Virus record (IMG/VR): IMGVR_UViG_3300045988_171964
Origin: a virus
DNA: 64,000 nucleotides
Strand: one strand, 5' to 3'
The translations under genes were made by a program, and so were the position numbers. Below the pieces are notes generated by a model. The model saw nothing but the letters and a program-made list of their open reading frames with translations, did no database searches and was not told where the DNA came from. Of this stretch, positions 8,908 to 17,503 are shown piece after piece (the stretch's first letter is position 1; each line of letters begins with the position of its first letter).

Positions 8908-9559
8908 ATTGAAGTATTACGCCCAGGTTGTCGGTGTTAACCTGTTGGCGATTTTGGTACCCATCCTTGCTGTTGTCCTTATTTACGCTCTCGGCAAGCT
9001 GAAGAATATCTATACCCATCCTTGCATCCTATCGCAGGAGATATACGATTGCTGTCTGGAGGCAGTCATCGTTGTAATGGCTGGCTTCTTTGTTGGTTTC
9101 TGGCTTCTTTCTTGGGCTGATAATTGGAGAAAGTCATGGCTCACTGGCCTAAGAATTAAAAATGAGTTCGATGAATTAGGAATACGTGTTGTCGTAAAGA
9201 AAATTTATCCTAACGAGGAGAGGACGGAGCAGAAGAATATACCTACGTCTGATGATTCCGAGTTTGAGGATATTTCCGGATTGACAGTTAAGGAGATTTA
9301 TCATCTTTATCAAGGTCGGGAAGTTCTGATTACGACAGGCATTCAGGCGAAAAAAGGAGGAAGATATTGCGGCCGTCTTGCTGGTTATGACAATGAAGGT
9401 TCTATCCTTTATATAGGCTTTCCTTCGTGCTACGTAGGTCCTTACTCTTTGGATGATATAAATGCTATGCGTGATACAAATCCCGAAGTCAGCTATGTAG
9501 AGCCAGGATATAAAAACTACGGTTGCTATATTCCTAGACTTATCCGCATTTATAAATAA
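8873..9559 (+). CDS. membrane protein (start uncertain, 8873 or 8894)
   Basis: Two hydrophobic helices near the N-terminus. Overlaps the upstream gene end. Confidence 0.45.
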   Translation: MNQNKKKMMKSKLKYYAQVVGVNLLAILVPILAVVLIYALGKLKNIYTHPCILSQEIYDCCLEAVIVVMAGFFVGFWLLSWADNWRKSWLTGLRIKNEFDELGIRVVVKKIYPNEERTEQKNIPTSDDSEFEDISGLTVKEIYHLYQGREVLITTGIQAKKGGRYCGRLAGYDNEGSILYIGFPSCYVGPYSLDDINAMRDTNPEVSYVEPGYKNYGCYIPRLIRIYK

Positions 9560-9568
9560 AAAATAGTT

Positions 9569-10150
9569 ATGAAGAAGAATTATTTGTTTGATGTTGATGG
9601 CTTGCTGCAGGTGCTGCAAGCCATCAAGGATGGGAATCCCGTGGAGTATCGCCCATTGGAGGAACCTAATTGGCGAGATTTCAACCCAGAGGAATATGAT
9701 ATTGATACGGAAAACTGTAAGTATCGTGTCAAGCCTTGTGAATATAGTGAATACGTGGAAGATGTTAATGTACCTCCTGCGCTTATGCAGGAAGGTGTGA
9801 TTTATTTCCTGAAAAGCAAAGACCATCGGAGTACTAAACAGAGTTTTGCTTGCGTAAAGGCTAACCTTTGGCATATAGATAAAAAGATATTGCTTCATTT
9901 CTTTTGGAGTGAAGACGGTGATTCAAAAAAGCTTTATGTTAGCGATCCGGATAGAAGAATTAGCCGTAGCGAGAAAACAGATAATTTTGCTAATGAAATT
10001 ATTCCTGATATAAATCTTTGCGATCCTGATAAAGCCGAAATTTATGTAGCTTCCATATCACAAGTCAAGATGTTGAAGTCAAGACTTCGAGATGTGGGTT
10101 ATGAATTAAAGGACGGACAAATGAAAAAGATAGATGGGAACAAAGAGTAA
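9569..10150 (+). CDS. hypothetical protein
   Basis: 193-aa ORF preceded by AAAAAATAGTTATG. Confidence 0.5.
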   Translation: MKKNYLFDVDGLLQVLQAIKDGNPVEYRPLEEPNWRDFNPEEYDIDTENCKYRVKPCEYSEYVEDVNVPPALMQEGVIYFLKSKDHRSTKQSFACVKANLWHIDKKILLHFFWSEDGDSKKLYVSDPDRRISRSEKTDNFANEIIPDINLCDPDKAEIYVASISQVKMLKSRLRDVGYELKDGQMKKIDGNKE

Positions 10151-10730
10151 ACAAGCACCGCTCCTTACTAAGGAGCAGGTATCAGAGCAGCTTCTTCAGC
10201 AGCATTTGCGCGGCTGGAAATCGAACCATAAGTTTATCGTAGAAAACCTTTATGTGTTCGACTGGGAGAGTGATATGCTCATCAAGACCCGAAGCGGATA
10301 TTGGTATGAGGTGGAATGCAAAATATCCCTTGCTGATTTCAAGAACGATTTCACCCATAAGCGGCAGAAGCATGAATTGCTGAAGAATGGAGATGAGAAA
10401 CGTCGCCGCCCGAATTTCTTTTATTATTGCGTACCATGGTACCTTAGTGCGAAAGTATATCCTCTCCTTCCTGATTATGCCGGGCTGATTGTACTTAAAG
10501 TGGATGGTAAACTGAATGAGATAAAACAGGCTCACTGCCTGCATCTGCATAAGTATACCGATGAGGAACTGAAGCTATGCGATAAGTTTTATTATGCCTA
10601 CCGCAACTGGAAAAAGTGTGTAGAGCGTAATCAGCCTACCGCAGAAATCAAGCGCCTGAAGGATGAGATTGCTTTCCTCAAGGCAGAATATAAGGCAGTA
10701 GCCGGGTGCGATATTAAAGACGCATTTTAA
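10134..10730 (+). CDS. PD-(D/E)XK nuclease-like protein
   Basis: DWESDMLIKTRSGYWYEVECKIS fits a D...ExK nuclease core. The call is weak. Confidence 0.4.
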   Translation: MGTKSKQAPLLTKEQVSEQLLQQHLRGWKSNHKFIVENLYVFDWESDMLIKTRSGYWYEVECKISLADFKNDFTHKRQKHELLKNGDEKRRRPNFFYYCVPWYLSAKVYPLLPDYAGLIVLKVDGKLNEIKQAHCLHLHKYTDEELKLCDKFYYAYRNWKKCVERNQPTAEIKRLKDEIAFLKAEYKAVAGCDIKDAF

Positions 10731-10751
10731 TGATTAAAAGATTTATAGATT

Positions 10752-11405
10752 ATGGAAAAGATTGAATTTACAAAGGAACAGATAGAGAAGATAGCTGAAG
10801 GCATCAGCGTCATCTGCTTCCGTTCTAACTCGAAGGCAAAAAAGTTTTTGCTTATGGAATATCCGAAGGTTAAAGACGTGCTCAGTAACTCCTGTATCTG
10901 GGATGAGCCTGCATATAATGAGGAACACCCCCAGGAAGTAAAAAGTGTGCTGCCTAGTTTTGAGGCAGTGCATACTTTCGGATCGTCGGCTTTATTCAAA
11001 CCCACTCTTGCTGAGATTATCCAGGCTTGCCCTATCAACCTTCTTGGAAACTTTAACGCTGTCACCATTCATTATAATGGTTTTATAGAGGACGCTTCCA
11101 AGCATAAGAGTATCGTGACTCCTTATGTGATTTGTGAGAAGAAGAAGCCATTCGTTCCTTTTTTCAGCGATAAAGAGGAGAAGAAGTTGCATCCTTCACA
11201 ATTAAAGATAGGCGACCTTGTAGGCACTATCATTGACGAGTTCTGCCAGGTAAGCATTGATACTATCCAGCCTGATACCCGCAACCTTCAGACCTTATTT
11301 GAGGGTCCACTGAATGAAGTTCCCGAGAAGTACCTGGATAAACATTTCCGTCCGATAGAGATTATCAAGGACTACGAAGATGAGATACATTTAATCATTA
11401 ACTAA
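10752..11405 (+). CDS. hypothetical protein
   Basis: 217-aa ORF with an AAAGATTTATAGATTATGG leader. Confidence 0.5.
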   Translation: MEKIEFTKEQIEKIAEGISVICFRSNSKAKKFLLMEYPKVKDVLSNSCIWDEPAYNEEHPQEVKSVLPSFEAVHTFGSSALFKPTLAEIIQACPINLLGNFNAVTIHYNGFIEDASKHKSIVTPYVICEKKKPFVPFFSDKEEKKLHPSQLKIGDLVGTIIDEFCQVSIDTIQPDTRNLQTLFEGPLNEVPEKYLDKHFRPIEIIKDYEDEIHLIIN

Positions 11406-11413
11406 GCTTTATC

Positions 11414-12010
11414 ATGTTTGAGATATACGTTAAAATGAAGAAAAGGAAGTGCTGGAAACTCGCTATAGAGGTTCCCAATGCTTGGGGTGGAATGCCTCAC
11501 CTCTGGATGTATCTGGAAAAGAAATACCTTCCATCTTACGTACCGGTAGGAGCTGATGGAAAACCGCTGGATTTGGAATGGGTGAAGGAAGCACAGGCAA
11601 AAGGTGAATATGCAAGCCGCTGGATCTATGCTTCATCCAGAAAGGAGATCGAGGATCTACAGAAAGATTTCCGCTTAACTTATGAGGAAATGATGGTGTT
11701 CAGATCTACCTTTGATTTCGCAAAGGTTCTAGGCGAAGATATACCAGTTTATCTTGATTGTTTAAAGGTTGTCGCTGATGAGTGTGGAGGTATCTATCCA
11801 CAACAATACAAGGAACTGAGTGACTTTATTAAGGTCCACAGCATAGATGATATTGAGGCGATCGCTTTCAACCAGACTAGCGTAAACTGCGCCTATGATT
11901 TCTTTGGCAACAGATACAATGAGCCAGCAGATAACTTCTGGGACTGCATGTGTCCAAAGGATTTTTATGACAACCTCAGAAAAGATTGTGATACTAAAGA
12001 CGAATTTTAA
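11414..12010 (+). CDS. hypothetical protein
   Basis: 198-aa ORF in a packed co-directional block. Confidence 0.5.
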   Translation: MFEIYVKMKKRKCWKLAIEVPNAWGGMPHLWMYLEKKYLPSYVPVGADGKPLDLEWVKEAQAKGEYASRWIYASSRKEIEDLQKDFRLTYEEMMVFRSTFDFAKVLGEDIPVYLDCLKVVADECGGIYPQQYKELSDFIKVHSIDDIEAIAFNQTSVNCAYDFFGNRYNEPADNFWDCMCPKDFYDNLRKDCDTKDEF

Positions 12011-12021
12011 ATAATAAGATT

Positions 12022-12573
12022 ATGAGTTTATACACAAAAGAAGAAAAGAAAAAATCCCTTTGGCATCCTATTACCGATGAGGATTTCACTATTGACTTCA
12101 GTAAGCCGTTTATTGTTTGTTGCGATGATGCTTCTCTCTTCATCGTGGAAGATTTTGCAGATATGTTTAACTATCTGGATGAAGATCGATTCTACGATGT
12201 CAAGGCGCAAACCTTGTCTGAAGAAGGCAAGGAGGAATTTCGAGAAGACTATTGTGGATATATGTATCTCGACGAGGATTTTTACCATGCGATAGATTGG
12301 GCGAAGGGCAAGTATATCGAGGACGTGAAAGGCGATCGAGAGAGACCTGACTTGTTCGTAATGTACGAATCGGGTCCAAAGGTGTTTGACCATTTCGATT
12401 TCGGTCAGAGCGGTACTCTGGTATACGACGGGACACCGTTACTGCGCAGAGAGTTCGCTGCAAGATACCCCGAATTATACCACGTAGAGTATATCGTTAA
12501 TCTGAACAGGGTTTCAGAAACCCAGCTCAGTGCTTTGTTCAGAGCGCCTCTCGATGAGTCTCTTAGCAAGTGA
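12022..12573 (+). CDS. hypothetical acidic protein
   Basis: 183-aa ORF in a packed co-directional block. Confidence 0.5.
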   Translation: MSLYTKEEKKKSLWHPITDEDFTIDFSKPFIVCCDDASLFIVEDFADMFNYLDEDRFYDVKAQTLSEEGKEEFREDYCGYMYLDEDFYHAIDWAKGKYIEDVKGDRERPDLFVMYESGPKVFDHFDFGQSGTLVYDGTPLLRREFAARYPELYHVEYIVNLNRVSETQLSALFRAPLDESLSK

Positions 12574-12602
12574 CTTTAAGGATTTATAAAAAAGAATATA
12601 TT

Positions 12603-12968
12603 ATGATACAGATTCAAGATTGGGAGTCATCCAAAAAGATTGTTGTCGTGGATGAAAATCATCACGGCACCGTACAGGTGGAGGTACCGAAGCCTGGACC
12701 TTATAAAGACGAGTATTATCAGTATGCCGATTGCGCTATCTACAACCTTTGGGTAGATGAGAAGTACCGCAAGCAGGGAACGGCTCGCCTCCTGATGGAG
12801 ACCGCAGAGCGGGAAGCTAAGAAACTGGGCTGCAAGTCGGCACAGCTGGAATGGGATGATAAAGGCAGTAAGCTTTTCGTTCTCGAATGGTATAAACGCC
12901 TTGGCTATCGTGTAATGGCAAGGAATGAAAACGATCGTCTGCTGCTGGTGAAGAAACTTCAATGTTGA
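12603..12968 (+). CDS. GNAT family N-acetyltransferase
   Basis: IYNLWVDEKYRKQGTARLLMETAEREAKKLG matches the motif A Q/RxxGxG/A pattern. WYKRLGY lies near the C-terminus. ATG 12603 is preferred over GTG 12570. The stop codon lies inside the left arm of P1. Confidence 0.65.
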   Translation: MIQIQDWESSKKIVVVDENHHGTVQVEVPKPGPYKDEYYQYADCAIYNLWVDEKYRKQGTARLLMETAEREAKKLGCKSAQLEWDDKGSKLFVLEWYKRLGYRVMARNENDRLLLVKKLQC

Positions 12969-13051
12969 GTGTTGAATGTTGAGTGTTGATTTAGTCTAGC
13001 GCCCTTGAGCCCGTCAGGCAATTCAACATTCAACACTCAACATTCAACATT
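12960..13051 (+). repeat. heptamer-built long palindrome P1 (complete)
   Basis: Two 30-nt arms built from TGTTGA(A/G) heptamers, inverted around the 32-nt spacer TTTAGTCTAGCGCCCTTGAGCCCGTCAGGCAA. Confidence 0.9.
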
Positions 13052-13060
13052 AAAAAGGTT

Positions 13061-13097
13061 TTTGTCCCAGACATAAAAACCTTTTTTCTTACCTTTG
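13061..13097 (+). promoter_or_regulatory. phage promoter a (TTTGTCCC-N21-TACCTTTG)
   Basis: Upstream TTTG and a TAnnTTTG -7 box separated by exactly 25 nt. 29 nt upstream of ATG 13126. Confidence 0.6.
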
Positions 13098-13125
13098 CAA
13101 ACAGAAAATAAGATTTATAGAGAAT

Positions 13126-13587
13126 ATGACAGAAAAGGAACAATACGAACTCCTTTTGGAGTTGAAAGACCTTGCAGAATGGATGCAAAATAGCGCACCT
13201 GGTTTTGATGTAGAGGAGTATAGATCGCTCGAAGAGCAGATAAAGAGTCTGAATCAGGAATCGGGTGATTTCTATGAGGTCATTATTGAAATCCATTTTA
13301 ATAATGGCAGATACATCACTCTCCACAATCAAGCCTTTGAGACTTTGGTGCAGGATTCATATATAGGCGATGAGATTGATGCTACGTCGAAGGATACGGT
13401 GATAGGAGTTACATACATAGACTCAGAGACAGACTATACGCAGATGGTGATTCCTATCAGTTCCATCTGCTACATTTCTGCCTACACCCAAGAAATCAAG
13501 TGGCAGGAGCGATGGGATGCACTGAGCAAAGATAAGAAAGATGACTACATTGCAGCCTTCGATGAACAGTACGAAAATCGCCATTAA
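13126..13587 (+). CDS. hypothetical protein
   Basis: 153-aa ORF, 29 nt downstream of promoter a. Confidence 0.5.
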   Translation: MTEKEQYELLLELKDLAEWMQNSAPGFDVEEYRSLEEQIKSLNQESGDFYEVIIEIHFNNGRYITLHNQAFETLVQDSYIGDEIDATSKDTVIGVTYIDSETDYTQMVIPISSICYISAYTQEIKWQERWDALSKDKKDDYIAAFDEQYENRH

Positions 13588-13603
13588 GGTAAATAGAATT
13601 TTT

Positions 13604-13700
13604 ATTCTTCTAATGTTTTGTCAGATATATTTTATAAGTTAAACGATTATTTTTTACTTATCGAAAATCGCTTAGTTTCCTTCGTTGTGAAACGCGGGGT
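13604..13700 (+). ncRNA. candidate small RNA / repeat unit A
   Basis: The conserved ATTCTTCTAATGTTTT box (13604-13619) and the conserved hairpin TTCCTTCGTTGTGAAACGCGGG (13677-13698, GTGA tetraloop) both recur in unit B. Confidence 0.25.
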
Positions 13701-13741
13701 TCTAATTTCTTCATTAATTCTAATGTGTGTGTAAAGAATAG

Positions 13742-13860
13742 ATTCTTCTAATGTTTTATCACAATATGCTAAACGTATTTAGTTACAATTATTTTATTCA
13801 AAATTATGAGTTGTTAAAGTTTATCTTGGTTCCTTCGTTGTGAAACGCGGGAGCTTTTTA
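13742..13860 (+). ncRNA. candidate small RNA / repeat unit B
   Basis: The same box at 13742-13757 and the same hairpin at 13830-13851, followed by a T5 run. Confidence 0.25.
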
Positions 13861-13910
13861 TTCTTCGTTAATTAGTTCTCATATTTGAACTTAGTTTATG
13901 GTTATAGTAA

Positions 13911-13943
13911 GAGGGGCGGCTGTCGCGTTGACATCCGCCCCTC
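13911..13943. terminator. GC-rich hairpin between convergent operons
   Basis: GAGGGGCGG...CCGCCCCTC, a 9-bp stem plus inner TGTC/GACA pairs. Lies between the plus-strand early block and the terL 3' end. Confidence 0.55.
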
Positions 13944-13948
13944 ATTCC

Positions 13949-13982
13949 TAATTCAACATTCAACATTCAGCATTCAACATTT
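13949..13982. repeat. P2, single arm
   Basis: TAATTCAACATTCAACATTCAGCATTCAACATTT, directly after the terL stop. Confidence 0.75.
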
Positions 13983-13984
13983 AG

Positions 13985-15988
13985 TTAAACGTTTCTTCCG
14001 TCCGGCAGTACGAACCAGCCGATATTACCTCGCCAGAATTTGCAGCCCAGATATAGCGAGTCGAAGGCATCGGTGAAGTCTGTTCTCTGCTGCAACGGCA
14101 GGTTGTCTTCCGTTTCCGGCTTCTTCTCCTGGCTCTTATCCTTTCGGAATCCCTGATAACCGATGCTTACCTCACAAAGTTGCAGGGCAATAATCAGGTC
14201 GGGGTTGTTAGGCTGATTGATACGAATAGCAGGATATTCTATGCCGGCAAGACCATTATTGATGATACGGTGCTTCACCTCATGCTTTTCCGGCACACCC
14301 ATATCTATTGCCGTAACATTCCAGCCATTGCGCTCCAACTCCTTAATCACTGCCTGGTAGAATCGCTCATCGGTCAAGGCATACGATGCACCTTGCTTTG
14401 CGGTAGCATCATAGTAGTAAACCACATCTCTGTTCACGGCTCTCTTCGGAGCATAGTAATGCGAGAAATCATCTACCAACTCTCTCAGCTTGCGCTCGTT
14501 CTTCACGTAGAAACTCTTGATAACATTCACTGCCTCTACTCCGTCACGCTGATATACCTGACCTACCACCAGGGTATTGATATTGGCGTTATAGTCAAAT
14601 GCGAGATAAAGAGGAAGGTCGTTTATGCAGTCGCTATCCATACGGCAGTCGTTTCTCTCGGACAGCTCTTTTAAGTCGGGCTGATAACTCTCTGATGTAA
14701 TCTTCTTGCCGCCGATGATGCCCGTAGCCTTTTTTGTTTCCCACTTCGCCACTGAGAGCGGATCTATCTCGTTGTCGGGGATATAACCGTGTACCCTATC
14801 TATATCCAGGTTAGAGTAAAAACCGTCATTTGATTTCTTGATTTTGATGTTCAATATTGAAACGGCGAAGGTATAGGCAGGGAGATCTCGCTTTAACTGC
14901 CTGATGTAATCCTCACCGAGAATGTCCACATTCTCGAGAGTAGATGCCCTGCGTACTACGAAAGCTGAACGCCTCAATTCTCTCAGATATTTATCTTGGA
15001 ATTTCTTAGAACGTAAAAACATCTGCATCTCGAAATCCTCTTCTGGTGTAATCAGATATTCGTAATCATAGATGAGTTCGGCATCTTCTGCAGTAACCAG
15101 TTTGTAGTTTACCGCCATATCTACCATGTTTTTGGTAAGATGATTTCCGTGTTTAGGTAGAATACGAAACATGCCCTCATGCTTCAGCATTTTCAATGCT
15201 ATTGCACGAATCATCGTTCTTACTTCCGCAGGAACCACATGGGGTGTGTGTCTTGATTTTTGGGCATTATAGAGCAGGTCATTGTAAAAGATAACTTTAT
15301 TGGCATATTCTTCCAACTGCTCCTGCACCCATCGGTAGGTTTTACCTTTAAAAATTCCGTTCTCTATCACTAGGTCTAACTTCTCATCTTCTCTTTCCAG
15401 CCAACTGCCTTTTGCGGTCAGAGCAGCATCGGAAACGAAAAGCCTACCTCTATAGTAAGGGTTATATTCAGAAAACTCTATATTGCCTAATGGATGAGTC
15501 TGTCCTGATAGAGAAGGCATAAACTCCTCGTCGATTTTCTTTTTGTTTGCAAATCTACCTTCATCCAAAATGGCGTGTGAAAACGTATAAGAGTTTGCTG
15601 ATGCAGTTTGTGCAAGGGATATGGAAGCCCATTGTGCGCCGTTGGCGAACCATATAATATTATCATAATTTTTTGGCTTAAAAATGGCAGGGCGGGCATG
15701 TTTCGGTGGCCTTCCCCATCCCATGTGAATACCTATTGTGAAGCCAAACATTCGTTCCATGGCTGCCATGGTACCAGGAATAGTTTTAGAAAATGCTTGC
15801 TGTCTTGAAATAGCAAGCCAAGCTCCCAACATGCCGGGCATAGAGTTTGATACCGCCCATACGCGTGGCGCTACCAATCCGTCTGTTTTACCGGTACGTC
15901 GTCCAGCTATGACGATTTCGTCTTTTGCCCCCATATAAAAGAGTTCCTGCTGGAATCTGTTTAAATATATCTGATGTGGTTGCTGCAT
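13985..15988 (-). CDS. terL: terminase large subunit
   Basis: Walker A AGRRTGKT near the N-terminus and Walker B-like AILDEGRF. 667 aa, with a C-terminal nuclease-sized domain. Confidence 0.8.
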   Translation of the reverse strand: MQQPHQIYLNRFQQELFYMGAKDEIVIAGRRTGKTDGLVAPRVWAVSNSMPGMLGAWLAISRQQAFSKTIPGTMAAMERMFGFTIGIHMGWGRPPKHARPAIFKPKNYDNIIWFANGAQWASISLAQTASANSYTFSHAILDEGRFANKKKIDEEFMPSLSGQTHPLGNIEFSEYNPYYRGRLFVSDAALTAKGSWLEREDEKLDLVIENGIFKGKTYRWVQEQLEEYANKVIFYNDLLYNAQKSRHTPHVVPAEVRTMIRAIALKMLKHEGMFRILPKHGNHLTKNMVDMAVNYKLVTAEDAELIYDYEYLITPEEDFEMQMFLRSKKFQDKYLRELRRSAFVVRRASTLENVDILGEDYIRQLKRDLPAYTFAVSILNIKIKKSNDGFYSNLDIDRVHGYIPDNEIDPLSVAKWETKKATGIIGGKKITSESYQPDLKELSERNDCRMDSDCINDLPLYLAFDYNANINTLVVGQVYQRDGVEAVNVIKSFYVKNERKLRELVDDFSHYYAPKRAVNRDVVYYYDATAKQGASYALTDERFYQAVIKELERNGWNVTAIDMGVPEKHEVKHRIINNGLAGIEYPAIRINQPNNPDLIIALQLCEVSIGYQGFRKDKSQEKKPETEDNLPLQQRTDFTDAFDSLYLGCKFWRGNIGWFVLPDGRNV

Positions 15989-16094
15989 AAAAATGAAAAT
16001 GTTATCCTGAATGTATGTTTTTTAGCCGCATCCTTGCGTCCGTTAGGCGTTCCTGCGGATTTAAAATCCGTAGATAAGTCAGTTTTTTACAATC

Positions 16095-16376
16095 TTAGAG
16101 CAATTTTGCTGGCTGGCAATCATCGATTAACTTGCGTGTCTCTTTGGCACACTCAGCCACGCATCTCTCGACTGCCTCGGTGATGTCTTGAATTTGATCC
16201 TCACGCATATTGCCGTATTTATCGCAAGTGTCGTTTATTATTTTGTAGAGAACCTGATTTTGTAAAGCCTCCATATAATCTACGTACTCCTTGCAAGTAT
16301 TGCGCCGAGGTGCTTGCACCCATTTAAGAAAGCCCTGCTTCCAGTCTTTCCATGTTTTGATTTTTATTACTATCAT
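16095..16376 (-). CDS. hypothetical protein
   Basis: 93-aa ORF in the minus-strand operon. Confidence 0.45.
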   Translation of the reverse strand: MIVIKIKTWKDWKQGFLKWVQAPRRNTCKEYVDYMEALQNQVLYKIINDTCDKYGNMREDQIQDITEAVERCVAECAKETRKLIDDCQPAKLL

Positions 16377-16382
16377 TGTTGC

Positions 16383-16706
16383 TTACATTTTAAATTGTCG
16401 TTTCAAAAACTGGTTGCTCTTTATGAGTTCTATCATTTCTTCTTCTGAGTGTACTCCTCCCCAGAAGAGTTCGGTATGGTCTCCGACTCTATCTTCATCT
16501 ACAGAGAAAGGTACACCGTAGTTGGTGTAGGTTTCACCATGGTGTTGAACCAGGTGGCGACCTGGGTTTTTCCGGATGTTTTCTATCCAGACTTCATTAT
16601 CACACTCGCACCATTTATTATACTCCTCTCCTGTCAGTGTCATATCAATACCGATAGGGTAGTGTCCGGAGCATCCATTGGTTCCGAAATAAATAATCTT
16701 TGCCAT
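16383..16706 (-). CDS. hypothetical protein
   Basis: 107-aa ORF in the minus-strand operon. Confidence 0.45.
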   Translation of the reverse strand: MAKIIYFGTNGCSGHYPIGIDMTLTGEEYNKWCECDNEVWIENIRKNPGRHLVQHHGETYTNYGVPFSVDEDRVGDHTELFWGGVHSEEEMIELIKSNQFLKRQFKM

Positions 16707-16718
16707 AATTTCGCAGAT

Positions 16719-17489
16719 TTAAAATAGACTAGGCTGCATCATTTCTAATTTGATGCGCTTACAAGCCTTGTCGTAATATTCTTTGTTTAATTCAAATCCG
16801 ATGAAGTTTCTCTTTTCTCTGATGCAGGCGATTGCGGTAGTGCCGCTGCCCATGCAATTATCGAGAACGCACCCCCCCACATTGGTATAAGTACATATAA
16901 GATACTGGATAAGGGCGACTGGCTTTTGCGTAGGGTGGAAGGTATCGGCAGAATGTTCTTTATCAAAGCAGATAATGCTCTTTGGGAATTTTTCATCTGA
17001 TACGATAGTAGGCACTTCTTTATGGTCGCCATAACAACCTCGCTTCAAACTATGAGAGCCATCTCCCCTTCGATGATTCCTTTGATGTGGCGCACATTTT
17101 ACCATTTGAGGATTGTAGACAGGTTGTTTTCGATAAAATACTGCAATATCCTCATGTGAGCGCAGAGGCATCTTGTTGGCATTCAGAAAGCCTGTTACCC
17201 GCTGCTTGCTCCAAATAAGATTATATTTCCAGAGTTTCGACTGCGACATCATAAGCTGTGCGGTAAACATGCCCTGGCAGAAAAGAATAATGGCTGCATT
17301 TGGTTTGGTTATGCGCAGATATTCTTTCCATAATGGCTCAAGCGGGATAATGCTATCCCAGCCACCGCCTTCACTCTGTTTGTTGAGAACGCCATAAGGC
17401 AAATCGCAGATAATGCAATCCACGCTTGCGTCCGGAATCTTTTTCATTCCTACCAGACAATCCTCATTATATATCTTATTTAATTCCAT
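16719..17489 (-). CDS. beta-class N6-adenine / N4-cytosine DNA methyltransferase
   Basis: DLPYG (motif IV) near the N-terminus and NCMGSGTTAIA (motif I) near the C-terminus. The start is set at MELNKIYNEDC, parallel to the neighbouring paralog. Contains a C7 tract at 16872-16878. Confidence 0.75.
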   Translation of the reverse strand: MELNKIYNEDCLVGMKKIPDASVDCIICDLPYGVLNKQSEGGGWDSIIPLEPLWKEYLRITKPNAAIILFCQGMFTAQLMMSQSKLWKYNLIWSKQRVTGFLNANKMPLRSHEDIAVFYRKQPVYNPQMVKCAPHQRNHRRGDGSHSLKRGCYGDHKEVPTIVSDEKFPKSIICFDKEHSADTFHPTQKPVALIQYLICTYTNVGGCVLDNCMGSGTTAIACIREKRNFIGFELNKEYYDKACKRIKLEMMQPSLF

Positions 17490-17503
17490 TATAATTATAT
17501 GTT

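Noticed and set aside
9176-9898. 240-aa minus-strand ORF
   Set aside because: It is antisense to two well-packed plus-strand genes. Its composition is Ile/Phe/Leu/Arg-rich, typical of the reverse frame of AT-rich coding sequence.
12960-13982. CRISPR array
   Set aside because: The repeated units are inverted arms of heptamers, or a two-copy duplicated unit. There is no series of direct repeats with unique spacers of regular length, and no cas genes.
13885-14076. ORFs translating the P-repeat arms (also 33651..33989, 43952..44215, 58044..58226), giving NIQHSTLNIQH-type peptides
   Set aside because: They arise from reading through the heptamer palindromes. They cross terminator and promoter elements and overlap better-supported genes.
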